In this document: in pieces, positions 38,735 to 52,369 of the stretch
Layout of the letters: each line of letters begins with the position of its first letter
Numbering within the stretch: the first letter of the stretch is position 1
From: Callorhinchus milii
Lineage: Eukaryota
NCBI RefSeq assembly: GCF_018977255.1
Contig: NW_024704743.1
Coordinates: 66,652,001-66,716,000, forward strand
Reading direction: 5' to 3'
Length of the DNA stretch: 64,000 nt
Notes under the pieces: model-generated
Told to the model about the DNA's origin: nothing
What the model saw: only the letters and a program-made list of their open reading frames with translations
The model's database searches: none
Position numbers and translations under genes: made by a program

Positions 38735-39500
38735 TTTCAGTACTGCATACAGTTCTGGTCACTGAGATCCAGGTTGTAGAGGTTGTGCAGAGAAGAGGAA
38801 AAAGGTCAATAGAGGAATGAATTTTGAGCAAAAATTAGACAAGCTAAGGTTCTTCAGTCTTGAAAGGAGACGGCTGAGAGGGGACCTCTAAGACGTGGAG
38901 TCCTGTAGCTCAGTGGTTAGACCACTCGCTTTGCAAGTGAGAGACCTGAGTTCAATTCCAGGCAGGGCGAATCCTTGGGCAAGTTTCCTTACTCCACACG
39001 CCTAATAATAATCCCTCCAAAAAACAAAACAATAATAAATTGGCCATTTTCAATCCATGACTGTTTGTGGGCATTGCTGTGCGCAATTGGCTGCCGCGTT
39101 CACCCACAAATATACAGTCAATACACTTTACAGTATATTCTGTGAAGGGCTTTGGGACATCTAAAAGACGTGAAAAGCGCTATATCAAATGCAAGGATTA
39201 TTATTATTAATATCTATAACATTTTAAATGGGATTGAAAAACTAAACCCAGAACAATACTTTCAGATGCATCAATTCAGTGGAACAAGAGGACCTAGTTT
39301 TAAGTGTTACAAAAGGCAATTTCAGGACAGACACCAGGAAATAGTTCTTTATCTAGAAAGAAAGAAGTGATTAGAACAAGTTACAAGGATGGGTATTGAG
39401 GCCAGGATGCTGGACCTATTTAAGAACCAGTTTGATGCTGTGATGGGAGGTGGAAATTCTGAAAGAAATCAAATGAGCTGAAAAGCCTTCTTCATCCTTA
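38735..39500 (+). mobile_element. CR1 LINE 3' fragment interrupted by a SINE
   Basis: Encodes YCIQFWS, VQRR, FFSLERRRLRGDL and, after the SINE, YNILNGIEK..YF...TRGPSFK (CR1 C-terminal motifs). Confidence 0.85.
38897..39208 (+). mobile_element. tRNA SINE (young, full length)
   Basis: ggagtcctgtagctcagtggttagacc...gagttcaattcc head, core, tail, (ATT)n. Confidence 0.93.
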
Positions 39501-41118
39501 TCAATCTTGCGATCAAAAGTAACTTGCTGTAAATGCATTAGTGTGGAGTGTTGCACTAACAGATGTGCTATATTTCAGATGAGATCCTATCTGCCTGTTC
39601 ATGTGGATATTAAAGATCTCCCTGTAGGGATCCTTGCCAACAATCCTGCAGGTAAATCAATCATTAATCTTACAGCAGTTTGTGAGACCTTGTTGTGCAC
39701 AAAATAGATGCCATGGTTGCTATAAAACCAGCCATGACACTTAACTATGTAAAGTGATGTATGATACTCAATGTGATGAAATTCTATAGAATTACAGAAC
39801 TTTATAGCATAGAAAGAAGACAATCAGCCCTATCTGCACCAGCTCTCAGAGCAAGTAATGAATTAATTCCCACTACCCCGCCTTATTCCCATACCCCTTC
39901 AATCCTTTAACTTTCATCTAGATCTGCCTTCTAGCCTCTTGGAATACATAATGGACTCTGCCTCAACCACCTTACTTGGCAAGGCAATTCACATCTCAAT
40001 AACTATCTGTGTGAAAATAAACTATTTGACCTCCTCCTGTAAAAATAAACCATCTGTCAGTATATCAAATTGAGTGGTAGAGTAAAATTGCAAATGTAAT
40101 ATATGCAAAGAATTCCTCCAATTCATCCTCTGTGCGATTACATTTAGATTTGTAAAGAGTAAGTTAAATGGTGAAAAGCCAGACAGTCAAACAGACCTAA
40201 AGGAAGAAACTTTTGAGGACACTGAAGAGTAGACATGAAGGTCATCAATGGTATGCAAGGAACTGGCGATTCTCATCTCCCCAATAAGACTCAACAATTT
40301 TGATCCTACTAAGAGCATATTCAAGTCTTGTAGCAAACAATTAAGGAGCAGATCCAACAGCAGTGGTAGAATCATAGGATGTTTAGAGCACATAATGTGA
40401 TCATTTGAACCATTGCATCTCTGCTGGTGTTAGCTCACCACTGGAACTATCTCCTCTAATTTCATAACCCTGCTCTTTCCACATGCCGTTTTATGATTTT
40501 ATTATGGAGTATGGGGAAAGGGTAGGTACATGGGACTGAAAGGATTACTTTTAAAACAGCCAGTACCAGATTCTATTTATCCAAGTCATTAAATTCAAAT
40601 TAGTGTCGTTATTATTACAACAACAACTTGCATTTATATAGTGCCCTTCACATGGGGTGGTGTCCCGGAGCATTTGAATTATTACCATCTAATGTAGGGA
40701 TTATTATTTTTCTCCCTCATGTATGCAGAAGCTGTAAAATGATATTTCATTGGGGAGCTAAAATCTTCAGCAAGAAAGGATGGAAGAAAATGGTCAGAAA
40801 AAAGATTAAAATGTAGTATACTGAAATGCAATGAGTTCTGACTACTCGTGATGCTCACACAGATTGAGTGGTAGAGTAGAATTGCAATTGTCCCTGTCTC
40901 TGTTTCCGCATGTAATGGAATGTGCTCTGGGATGCCGTCCGGCATGAAGGGGTTATATAAGTTGTTGCTTTTGTTGTTGTTGACATTCAAAATTATTAAC
41001 TTCTGATTAAAAATGTATTATTGAAGTTAATATCTTCTGTTATTACTGGTAACCCACATCATTATTGTCACTACATTTCTCTGAACATGTCCAAATTACA
41101 TGGGGAAACGTTATAATG

Positions 41119-41158
41119 TTCCCTGTCTGGTGACATTATAATGTCACCAGACAGGGAA
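41119..41158. repeat. Perfect 40-bp palindrome
   Basis: ttccctgtctggtgacatta|taatgtcaccagacagggaa, no spacer and no mismatch. Confidence 0.95.
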
Positions 41159-42279
41159 TGGATAGTATTAGCTGACAGAAGGGACAGGTTCTACTGAAAT
41201 TAATGTATGTTACAACATATTATTATGACATTAGCAGAATTCGCTATTTATAATTATCAGATTTTTTTTACTCAGTCTTATTAATGATTGGTAAATACAA
41301 ATCTAAACTTGTGCTGAAAGCTAAACAGTTAAAAAAAATACCCCAGCAATTGCTTCTCCATTATTAGTGAGTTACTGCTGTGAATGCATTGTAAATGGGG
41401 ATTAAAGAGCCATAAATAGAGGCATAAAATCGGATAAACCGCATGTTGTTGATACAAAATAGATGAGGGATTAGATTTTGTAATTGAAGGAGAATACAAC
41501 CCTTTTAAAATGAATGGTAGACTTCCACTGTTATCTCTCGGACTCAGCTCACTGCCAAGCTGCATCTGCCATGCACGTCTGTACTGCATACAAATGCCAT
41601 TTGTAATTCAGCACTTCTAACCACATGGTCAATGACTCTTTCCCACCCCCCCACCCCAACTCTCCTGGGCTCTTAAGGATTATGACACGGACTGTGCATT
41701 GAACTGCAGATTGGAGACTTCACTCAGAGTAATTAGTGCAAAACTTTCCTATTATCAAGCAAACGATTAATATTTTGCAGTGAAATAATTTACAAACTGG
41801 GTGAAAATTCAAAGTTTCATAACAGATTCAATGTGATTATCACATTGTGAAATGTCACACTTTTCACCCCAATAATTTTGCCGTCCGTTGGGACCTTCTA
41901 TTCTTCAACTATCATTATAGGAAGAAAGATGAATGTTATGGGTTTCGTCCCTTATGTCACAGTGTGACTTTTCACATTAAGAAATGCTCAAGAACACATA
42001 ATTACATATCTCCTGTTATTAATATGTAAGGAATCTGTCACTTTGCAAGCAAAAGGTCAAGTGAGAAATCTGGAAATTGCATAGCATTTCTTTTGACAAA
42101 TACTGAAACTTTGTTCCTATCATTTCCTTGTTTGCAAGGATATTAATTAAGCTCTTTCCCATCAACTTCAACAATCGGGAGACATTGATTTGAGGTTGTC
42201 TATCATTGTTCTAAGTTAAGTAATAATAATTTTTGTCTTTGGTGTAAGGTCTTTCATATCGGGAGTATGTCTCAAGAAT

Positions 42280-42832
42280 TTTTTTTCTGGTAAGCCAGGT
42301 GTATGACATATGCAGAAACCCATCACCATGCTTAAGAATATACATAACAAGCTGAGATTTCCATGCATCCCATCTATACATGGAAATCCCAGAGATAGAT
42401 TGCTGGACTGGAATGAGCACCAACTAAGCATCCTGCTTATTAATTCCAGAAAGTATTAGGCACAGGTTGGCAAGAGCCAAGGCTTGAGAACCCGAGTATG
42501 TGTTGTGGTACTGCTGGAGTCTAACCAGTTAAAACTGCGAGGCTTGCCATTGATATTGCTGTCCAGCAAGCTTTCACACTGCTTATCCAGCTAGGACCAC
42601 CCTACCCATTGGGTTAATAGGAGCTGAGTGGAATGACTCCTTACCCCCAATGACTGGTCTGTCCTTCCAGGTCCTGCCAATCAGACTGTGCTTTCATCAG
42701 CAGTGCCCTGGAATACTGTGGACTCAACTGCTCAGGAACAGGACTACTGAGACTGCCAAAGAGGACTGTCTCGATTCCGACATTCCATTGCCAGACATGT
42801 CACTTTGGAGCGAATTCAGCTTCAAGGAGACC
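42280..42832 (+). repeat. Unclassified dispersed repeat family copy
   Basis: Colinear with the reverse complement of 5490-6065. Confidence 0.8.
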
Positions 42833-43039
42833 CTGCTTAAATTATAATAAATACAGAAAACAGGGAAGAATAAGTTTGGGTTGAGTTAATCAACTAGATA
42901 TAAATAAGATACTTGTGTATTACATATATATACAAAATGAACAAGATAATTTTAAGGTATATTATTATAATAAGTATCCTTACATTCGGTATAGTACCTT
43001 TCACGTCAGGAGGATGTCTCAAAGTGCTTCAGAGGACAT

Positions 43040-43520
43040 TATTACTTCACCAGGCAGTATGTAAAGGGAATGAATCTTGAGTGATCACAGCGTACTGATC
43101 AAGTGATTTAGCTGCACCTATCCAAATGAGTGGTAAGCATTCCATCCACTCCTGACTTGAGCCTGTAAATTGATGGCAAAGTTTTGAAGAGGTAGGAGGT
43201 GAGCCACTCTTCACAAAGTACTAACCTCTACTCTTCTCTTATAGCTATGTTGTTAACCTTGATAACCCAGTTAAACCTCTTGTCAATGGTGACACCTAGG
43301 AAGTTGCTTGTGGGGGACTTGGGCCATTGAAGGTCAAGTGGAAGTGGCTGAGTTCTGTCTTGGAGATGATTATCACCTGCCATATATATGGTGCCAATGT
43401 TATCTGCTACTTGCCAGCCCAAGTTTGGATGTTATCCAGGACTTAATGCAAATTGCCATGGGCTGCTTCATCGTCAAAGCATTCGGAATAGAGTTGAACA
43501 CTGTGAAATTGTGAGCAAAC
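43040..43520 (-). mobile_element. Old CR1/L2-group LINE RT fragment
   Basis: ORF 43228..43422 contains NFLGVTIDKRFNWVIKVNNI; reverse aggctcaagtcaggagt matches 9725-9741. Confidence 0.75.
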
Positions 43521-44339
43521 TAGACTATATCTAGGATATGCTTGTGATTATACACACTTAACTAAAGTCTGGGTGATAAATATGCCTTTGAGAACATTGC
43601 AAAAACTGGGTGGAATGATACTGTCCACACTGCATATATTTTGCAATGTATCTAAAGAGTGCTAAAACATTATAGCTAGATTTCTTTGATGTGATGTGAC
43701 ACCCACACTCCAGGCTGCTTAGATGCTTGTGCTGAATATAAATCAATAAATGCTTTAAAGAACTTGAATGATAATATCACATCACAACTTCAAGTTGAAT
43801 TGTCATGCTCTCCAATAACATTTACAAGGAAAGCAAAAGAACGTTACTTTGTATTTCAACAATATTTCCTATTAATCCAAATATAACATTTGTGATTTTT
43901 TAAAAATGCTGTCTTAAACCACCACCCCCCCCACCCCCCACCCCACATAACCAGTTTTCATCTGAATCAAAACAAGAACAGATTGCATTTGTATTGCCCC
44001 TTTCACATTAGGAAGATTTTGGGAAAACAAAAGGAAAACTTACTTCAGAACGAACTCCAAGCCGTTTGCATTCTATATTATTTTATAGTATGAATATGTA
44101 ATTTGTGTGAAGAGATTGTTCCAACATGCTGTGATGTATCAAGTTGCATGGAACTGCTGTGTGGACACTGTGAAATGATACATAAATACACCCATAACAT
44201 TTCCCCTCTGCAGTGCTGAAACTAATAACTAATATTATTGATGAAGAACATCAGTAGAAAGACAATTTATGAAGTGAATGTCCAAATTTCTAGATATTAT
44301 TCTGAAATGGAAAAGGTAGTTCAAGTTAATTTAGGTATC

Positions 44340-44750
44340 AGTCTAGCTCAAATAGCCTGAGTCAGAAGGTCATTGGCTCAAGCCCCACATCTGGGACATT
44401 GAGCTCATGGTCTATACTAACATTACTGTGCAATGCTGGGGGAATCGTCCTCATTTTCAGAGGTGCTGTACTTTGGATTAGACAGTAAAGTGAGGTACAT
44501 CTGCTGGTATATATTAAAGATCCCATGCCCAATTCAAAATGAGTAGGAACTTTCTCCTGGTTCCCTGGCTAACAATCCCATAAACAAAATTGATTACTCA
44601 CTTCATGGCTGTTTGTGGGACATTGATGTGCACAAATGGCTGCTGCATTCATCTGCAAGTACACAATCACTACACTTTACACTAATTCCTGTGATGGATG
44701 TTTTGATGATGTGATAAGGTGCCATATTAAATGAAAGGAATATTATTATC
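44340..44750 (+). mobile_element. Old DeuSINE-like element
   Basis: Degenerate tRNA-like head (gagtcagaagg...tcaagcccc), attaaagatcccatg, ttctcctgg...ctggctaacaat, ctgtttgtgggacattg core, L2-like tail. Confidence 0.7.
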
Positions 44751-46029
44751 TCTTTGCAAAGAAGTATTGTGCAACACAGAAGGAGAACAGCAAACATGAG
44801 GAATTCTACCCTGGATTTGTTACCATCTTTTCCGTGTGGTTTATGTAAAGGTTCCAAACTTGACTAAACATAACTGTGCACTGGTTCACTAAAGACATGA
44901 ACACTGGGTATGAAAGGGCTGCTAAGAGGAAACTGCACGTTCCAGCATGTTCATAAATTGATTTCTTTATATGAGTAATTGCTCTCTTAACAGATGACAC
45001 CCAGAATATTCCCACATGACATCCAAATGTGTGTTAGTAAAGCCACATATCATTTGCCTGATAGTGTCTCATTTCATGTCCACATTGACAAAGCTATACG
45101 TAATGTATATCTGTATGTTTCCCTCCAGGAATCTTCAAAGAATTACATTATCATACTTCAGTAACTGTCATTGTTAATACACTTAAAGTTCAAGTCAAAT
45201 ATTAACTACTATTATATTCCAATGTCATTGCCTTCCACTCAGGGGTCACCTTGCTGATACACTGGCAGAGATGCCACATTATTGAGATTGACTCGAACAC
45301 CAAAGGACTGAAAATATCAGCAGAAATGACATCTTTAGCTTTATGTCCCTACAATTTCATATTATATATATGAAAAACTTGTTTATTTTTCTATGGAGCT
45401 TTTCTATAGAGAACAAGTTCTGTTCTATGATAATAACAACAACAACTTGCATTTATATAGTGCCCCTCACTTAGGATAGTGTCTCTGAGTGCTTAAAATT
45501 GAATTAAAGTTGAAATTTCAGTAAATTGGCTATAGAAAAGTGTCACTTTATGACTGATTGGACATGAACGGGCAGTTCTCAGTCCTTGTCTGAAGCCATT
45601 GTTCTCCTACCAGGTCCTCATGGCCTCCAGGCTAATAATTTATGTTTCTCGGATATCTCCTTTCCCCTGAGCCAACACAAATGCTTCATGTTGCACTATC
45701 TTGCCATTCTGCCAAAAGCTTCCACTTCCCTATGATGCCTCCTGACCAATCTTAGATACCATAGCACATCCCACCACAAGGCCAGAAAACCTGGGCAAGG
45801 CTGGATTATGTGACCAAGATGTTGCTGTCTTTGTGTCTGTAGGGTTCCTTCTAAAGCAAAGAATAATGGCTTACCATGCATATAATGTTTGTTTTGTCCA
45901 CAAAATATAGTCAATTCACTTTACATTATATTCGGTGAAACGCTTTGAGATGTCTCGAAGATGTGATAAGGTGCTATATCAAATGCAAGGAATATTATTA
46001 TAGTATTAGTATTATAATAGATCATTTTG

Positions 46030-46410
46030 TATCAGCTTGGCTCACTTGGTAGCATTCTTGTCTCTGATTGAGAAGGTTGTGGGGATTTGAAACTCATATA
46101 GTCTAAGGTGGTATCCAGTACAGCGCTGTTGGTGTGCTGCATTGTCGGAGGTGCCGTTTTTCGAATGCAATGATAACTGTTCAAGTAGACATTAAAGATC
46201 AAAAAGAGAAGGGAGTTTCTCCTGGTGTCCTGGCCAATAGTCCCCCAAATAAAAAAATTGGTCATTCATTTGTGGGACATTGCTGTGTGCAAATTGGTTG
46301 CCTGGTTCGCACACACAGTACAGCAACACCATTTTATAATATAACCTGTGAAGCACTTTGGACATCCTCGCGACTTGAAAGGTGCTATGCCAACTATAAG
46401 GACTATTATT
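46030..46410 (+). mobile_element. Old DeuSINE-like element
   Basis: cttggctcacttggtagcattcttgtctctga head, gttctcctggtgtcctggccaa-type body, core and tail; relatives near 17660-17990, 22700-23020, 39530-39780, 48870-49170, 50095-50340 and 62770-63140. Confidence 0.7.
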
Positions 46411-46602
46411 AAGTGTTTCGAGACTCTACCCCCGAGTGAGGGGTGCTATATAAATGCAAGTTGTTGTTCCTTAATTGGTCTTTTTAGATTGAGAGCTGGC
46501 CGACAAGGTCCAAAAAGACTTGTAGGCTTTCTTCTCATAACATTCTTATCAATCATTCACTAGAAAGAAGAAAGGAACACAATTAAGTATACAGTGAGTG
46601 AT

Positions 46603-46677
46603 TATATTATATTTACTATTATACTATACTATTATATTTATACTATACTATTATATTTATACTTATACTATTATATT
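46603..46677. repeat. AT-rich low-complexity tandem repeat
   Basis: Degenerate tatactatactattatattt units. Confidence 0.8.
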
Positions 46678-47333
46678 CTCCATTCCATGCTGCTTACTGT
46701 AGAGTGACCCCCTTGTTTCCGCAGCTCCAGCTCCTCTGCTGCCAATCTCCACAGATGTTTATGTATGCTGCTTCTTATAATTCATAGATGTAGAACCATA
46801 CAGCACTGCAGATCATTGCATTATTTTGTCAAAAATGTTGCATTTTGTGTGTGTAAAGACCCACCAAACTTGCTGCAATTTAATAGGGAGATATTAACGT
46901 AGTGTGCATATCTGGCAGATTCTTACATGCAGTCATTAATTTTAATTTTGAAGCCAGTTCTCTGTAAGCTCTTTTAAGAAATCAGGCTTCAAAATTAATG
47001 ATAGCATTAAGAATTTTACAAATTTTGGATCCCTGAAAAGCTACGTTAATACAGTAAATCTGCATGCAGATGAAATTTCTACCCACAAATATCTCCCTAT
47101 TAAATTCCAACAAGTTTGGTACTGGATCTTTCATTTGCGAGGTATGCAGTAACCAAAAACAATCAAAGAACAAATAGGAATGTTTGGAATACACTGTAAA
47201 ATGGAGTGACTGTATATTTTGCGGGTGAAAGGCTGGTTTTAAAAGAAGAATTAACAATTCTTTAGAAATGTTACCCTAAGGGGGTAATAAAGTCACCCCT
47301 GGGATTTAGTAATTTTATTACTATACTGTTACT

Positions 47334-47633
47334 GTGGTTAGAGCACTCGTTTTGCAAGCGAGAGACCCGAGTTCAATTCCAGGCAGGGTGAAACCTTGGG
47401 CAAGTTTCCTTACTCCACACGCCTAATAATAATCCCTCCAAAACAAAGCAATAATAAAATTGGTCATTTTCAATCTACGACTGTTTGTGGGACACTGCTG
47501 TGCGCAATTGGCTGCCGTGTTCGGCCACAAATATACAGTCAATTCACTTTACAGTATATTCTGTGAAGCACTTTGAGACGTCTAGAAGACATGAAAAGGG
47601 CTATAACAAATGCAAGGATTATTATTATTATTA
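47334..47633 (+). mobile_element. tRNA SINE, slightly 5'-truncated
   Basis: gtggttagagcactcg...gagttcaattcc, core, tail; ttactgt at both ends. Confidence 0.9.
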
Positions 47634-50600
47634 CTGTTTACTTTGGTGTCACAAGTGGTGAGCTGAAACTGGAATTTCTCTGGATCAACCAGAGTCTAAG
47701 GTTTAAGATTCTGTTTGCTTATAATTTCTGCTATGGATGCATCAATATGAACCCATCGCTGATATATTCTGAGAGTTTTATTCAGTGAATGAGTTCCTGA
47801 AAGGTAATTAGTGGAGCAGAAGGTGGGTGTACAAGTGCACCTTAAATCACAGCGGATGAAAGATCCTGTTTACTGTGAGACAGATGGTTCTTATTTATTT
47901 GTAGTCCCTATTTCATTTTCATTTTCTTCCCACTTTTTTTCCTTCTTCTTTGCTAGATAGTGTTCCTCAACTGAGAAGATGTGAAACTGCTTGTTCCTAA
48001 GCTGCTGCTTAAGACCCAAGGTCACTGATGCTGATGGACTGACCCACCAATGTACGTTGCTCGGGTCCTGACCCAACTGTCCAGCGCCTTGGGACGTCCT
48101 CCCGACGTGAAAGGAGCTCTATAAATGGAATCTTGTTGTTGTTGTGATATAAAAAAGATGATGTGCTTTTAAGAAAGGGAAGTTTCTCCTGGTATCCTGG
48201 CCAACAATCCCCCCAGATAGTCATGGTTGTTTGTGGGACATTCCTGTATGTAAATTGGCTGCAACATTACCCTACAAAATACACAGTGACTACACTTTAC
48301 AGTAAATTCCGTGAAATACTTTAAAACATCCCCATGACATGAAAGGCGCTATGTTGAATGTAAGGATCATTATTACTACAACTAGCTTTTGCCCCAATTG
48401 ATCTCATCCTTCCAGAATACCTGCTCAACCATTTTCCCATTACAGAGTCAAACTGGTTATTTTTAAATGAGTCCAGTATAGTGGCCTCAGCACCCTTCGT
48501 GGAAACCTGTTCTAGCTGCCAATTATCCTCTGTGTTACCCATTAAGCACTATGATATACTAGCCTGAGTGGAGGACGCTATATTATTGTGTAAAACAAAA
48601 CTTCCTATTGTCTGTCCAAAAATAATCAGTTATACACCTGCGTCACAATTGGCACATAAAGTAGATGAATACAGTAGAACTAATACAGGATGATTTATTG
48701 AAAGAATAAATTATGGTTCTGTTCTGATCCACGTTATCTTTCCCATTAAATATACACATGTTTGCTATTTTATGCAATAGCGTTACACTCCAAAACCAAT
48801 GGCCAGTGAAGGAAAATATATTTCTAAATATTGTGTGATGCTTTATTTTGTTTCCCAATTTTCTCTAGTGCAGACAATATTTCCATCCTTCAGAAGAGTA
48901 TTAAACTAAACTGCCTGTTTAGATGGATGTTAAAGATCACATGACACTATTTGAAAAGAGAATGGCGTTTCTCCCTGATCAATAACACCCCTAAATCTAA
49001 AAATCAGCCATTCACTTCATGGCTTTTCTTGGACAATGTTGTGCGCAAATTGACTGCCGTGTTCACTCACAAAGCAGTCACTACACTTTACAGTATATTA
49101 TTGTGAAGCACCTTGGGACATCCTCTCGATGTGAAAGGCTCTGTTCCAACTGTAAAGATTATTATTATAAACTGATTTGTAGTACATTTCAACATATCCT
49201 CAATTGCTTTCCCCAGCTCCAGCAACAATGACTAGGAATAGGAAATGTAAATTCTTCCGCATCATTTGCATCAAATGAGAACTATCAACCCCAGTACTGG
49301 CAGAGCCAAATTAATATTTGTTTTTCTCAACCCAAATAAAATGGGATCCAGTGCTACTTTGGGTAATTATATTTGAGCTTCTGGAGCTAAGCCAAGTTCT
49401 AATTGAGTCTCTGAGATTGTTGGCTCCTGGGAAATGAAGAATAGGAAAAAAATAGTTTTGGTGGGTCAAGGGAGCAGAACAAGAACTTCCTAAAATACTT
49501 TTTGCTACCATGGGTTTCCTCTGAATGTATTTTACATGACACGTTTTTAATTAGCATGCAATTATTGTTAATAGATAATCCTACTGTAATGAGATACGAG
49601 TGGTTGTTTCACAGAACTTGAGCTATTTTGACATCCCAGTCTGATAATCTCTTACACATTTAGAATCGAGCAGACTGATTAACAAGTACACTGAAACTTT
49701 ATGTAGTTGGAGGAGACACCATGCTGCAAGGTTCAGCTATTTTTTAAATTTACTCTAGGCTTTTTTTTGTAGGTCAGACATGCCCTGAGGGAAATATTTA
49801 ATAAGCTTTTCTTTGCTCTGTTTGCTCAGCTAACATTTAAACAATTATGCTCATAATAATAATCAGTTATACACCATGTAGAAAAGAGAATGTGACTCAA
49901 CAGAAAGGAGGATTATTTGAAAAATGTTTGAAGGTTCATTTGCAGCTGAATAAGATTGATTACCCAGAATTATTTTATGAAAAAGAATATATTAGGCAAT
50001 GCTGAGTTTGACAAAGTGCCTGAAGGGGAATCCGCTTTCCTCAACTTGATCTGCTCTGAATGCCCTGAAATGCTATTATACAGTATGTGTTTCTACCTGG
50101 CTCAGTTGGTAGCACTCTCGCCTCTGAGTCAAAATATTGTAGTTGCAAGCCCTATGATGGGACTTCAAACTTACACAGTCTCAGCTGACACTTAAGTTCA
50201 GTGCTGGAGGTGGGTTGTTGTAGGCTGCCGTGTTCTCCTACATATATATAGACACTTCACTTCACAGTAAATCCTTGTGAAGCACTTTGAGACATCCTCT
50301 GGATGTGAAAGGCAGAAAGGTACTATATCAAATGCAATGACTAGTATAGTTATAGTTTAGTAACAATGGGATCGACTGCATCCTTTCTCTATATCTCTTT
50401 ACTAGCTTTATTACCCAAGTTTACTGGGCTCCCTTATACAACCTATACAGATTATACTTCAAAGTTCTGACTTGAGGATTGAACCCACAAACCTTTTAGA
50501 GACGAGAGTGTTATTTGAGACTTGAACCCCCAAACCTTTTAGGGGCGAGAATGATAACAAATGAGCCAGACTGACACTGTTTTTTACTCACCCTTCTAAA

Positions 50601-51146
50601 ATTCATATGAAGTTCTTATGAAGATGCTGTCCTGCTTGAAGGGGTTAAATAAACTGAAAGTTATTGTGCTGTAAACCTTCAACCATTCTATGACTCTGTG
50701 AATAGAAATTCACCTGCTGTGGAATACTTGGCAATTCTGTTTTTGTTTCAGATTTTCACCATTTACAGGTCCTTTTAATTTCCCGTTGTTCATTGTTATG
50801 CTCTCCTCATTCTGAGAGTGTTTTTTTTTCAAATGAATGGATGCAGTGGGAGGTTGTTGTTGGGGCTACACTTCACATTCTGGATGAGGTACGTTTCGCA
50901 ATCTTGTAATTGTCTTTAACAATGGTAGTTATGTGTCTCAGCGGTCGATCCCATTGGAACTAAACTTAGAAACATAGTAGCATATAGCTGGTAGCAATTT
51001 TAGCTCTGCAAAAAGATTTTTTTTGAATTCCTTTGAACATTTTGTTTTATTTGTGATATCTGAATACTTGTCTATTGTTTTGGCTTTTAAATGTATATTA
51101 GAATTAAATGTATTTATGTATGAAATGCTTTGGAAGGGCTGTTTTT

Positions 51147-52168
51147 CAACAACAACAACAACATTAAATTAAATTTGTATAGCGCCTTTCACGTCAGGAG
51201 GATGTCCCAAGGCATTGGACAGACAGAGTTTCGGACCCCAACTGGTTGTCGGGACCAGGGAGTGTGGAGGGCAAGGGGGGAAGCAGGAGATTGAAAGCAC
51301 GGTCGAAGAGAAGGATCTTGAGATGGGTCTTGAAAGAGGCAAGGGAGGGGGTGAGGTGGAAGCACTGCGGGATGGAGTTCCAGAGGGTGGTGGCAGAGTG
51401 GCAGAAGGCCTGCACGCCTACAGTGGGGCAAGTGAGGGAGGGGACGTGAAGCAAGCCAGAGCCCACAGAGCAGAGGGAGCAAGCAGAATGGTAGGGGGTT
51501 AGGAGGTCGCAGAGGTAGGTGGGAGCAAGACCATGGAGGGCTTTGAAAGTGAGGACCAGGATCTTGAACTGTATCCTCTGTGTGATGGGAAGCCAGTGGA
51601 GTCGGGCAAGGATAGGGGTGATAGGGTTGTGGAGCCTGGTATGGGAGAGGACAAGGGCTGCAGAGTTCTGTATGATCTGCAGCCTGTGGAGGGAAGAGTT
51701 GGGGAGGCCAATAAGCAAGGAGTTTGCATAGTAATTAAGCCTCAATGTAAATAAAGTGTGTATGAGGGTTTTGGTGGGCTGCGGAGTGAGACAGTGGTGG
51801 AGCCGGGTGATGTTGGGGAGGTGGGGGAAGGCAGAGCGGGTCATGAACACAGATGTGGGGTAGAAAGGATAGTGAGGGTCAAAAAAGATGTCAAGGTTCC
51901 AGACTGGCTTAGCAAGGTGGAGTGTGCAACCATGGATGGTGATGCTCTCAGCACCTGAGTTGTAGAGGCGCTGACGGAAGCCAATCAGAAGAGCCTCGGT
52001 CTTGTTGATGTTCAACTGAAGAAAGTTAGCTCTCATCCAGGACTTGATGTCTAACAGACATTCTGTCAGCACAGCAGTGGTCCTGGAGTCAAGGGTGGAG
52101 GCAGAGAGATGCAGTTGAGTGTCATCCGCATACATATGGAAGTTGACCCCATGTCTGCGGATGATGAT
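51147..52168 (-). mobile_element. L2 LINE 3' ~1 kb
   Basis: 355-aa ORF with [21 protein letters not shown] and LHWLPITQRIQFK; (TTG)n tail. Confidence 0.95.
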
Positions 52169-52369
52169 CATGCGGTCAACTGCATGAAAAGCCTTTACTT
52201 CCATTCCAGGTCCTATCAGTTGTTGCTTTGGTAACAGACAGAATAAATTATTGCACATCACATGTCACAAGTAAAACAAAAATTGTCAAATGTAGAGAGA
52301 AAAATTAATTATTTTTTGCTGGTCTAAAATTACACTGTTTATATCTTTCTAAGTTTAGTTCCAACAGAA

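Noticed and set aside
38897..38970. tRNA-like sequences (also at the other SINE heads)
   Set aside because: They have A/B boxes and an anticodon-like arm but no proper acceptor stem, and each continues into a SINE body; not tRNA genes.
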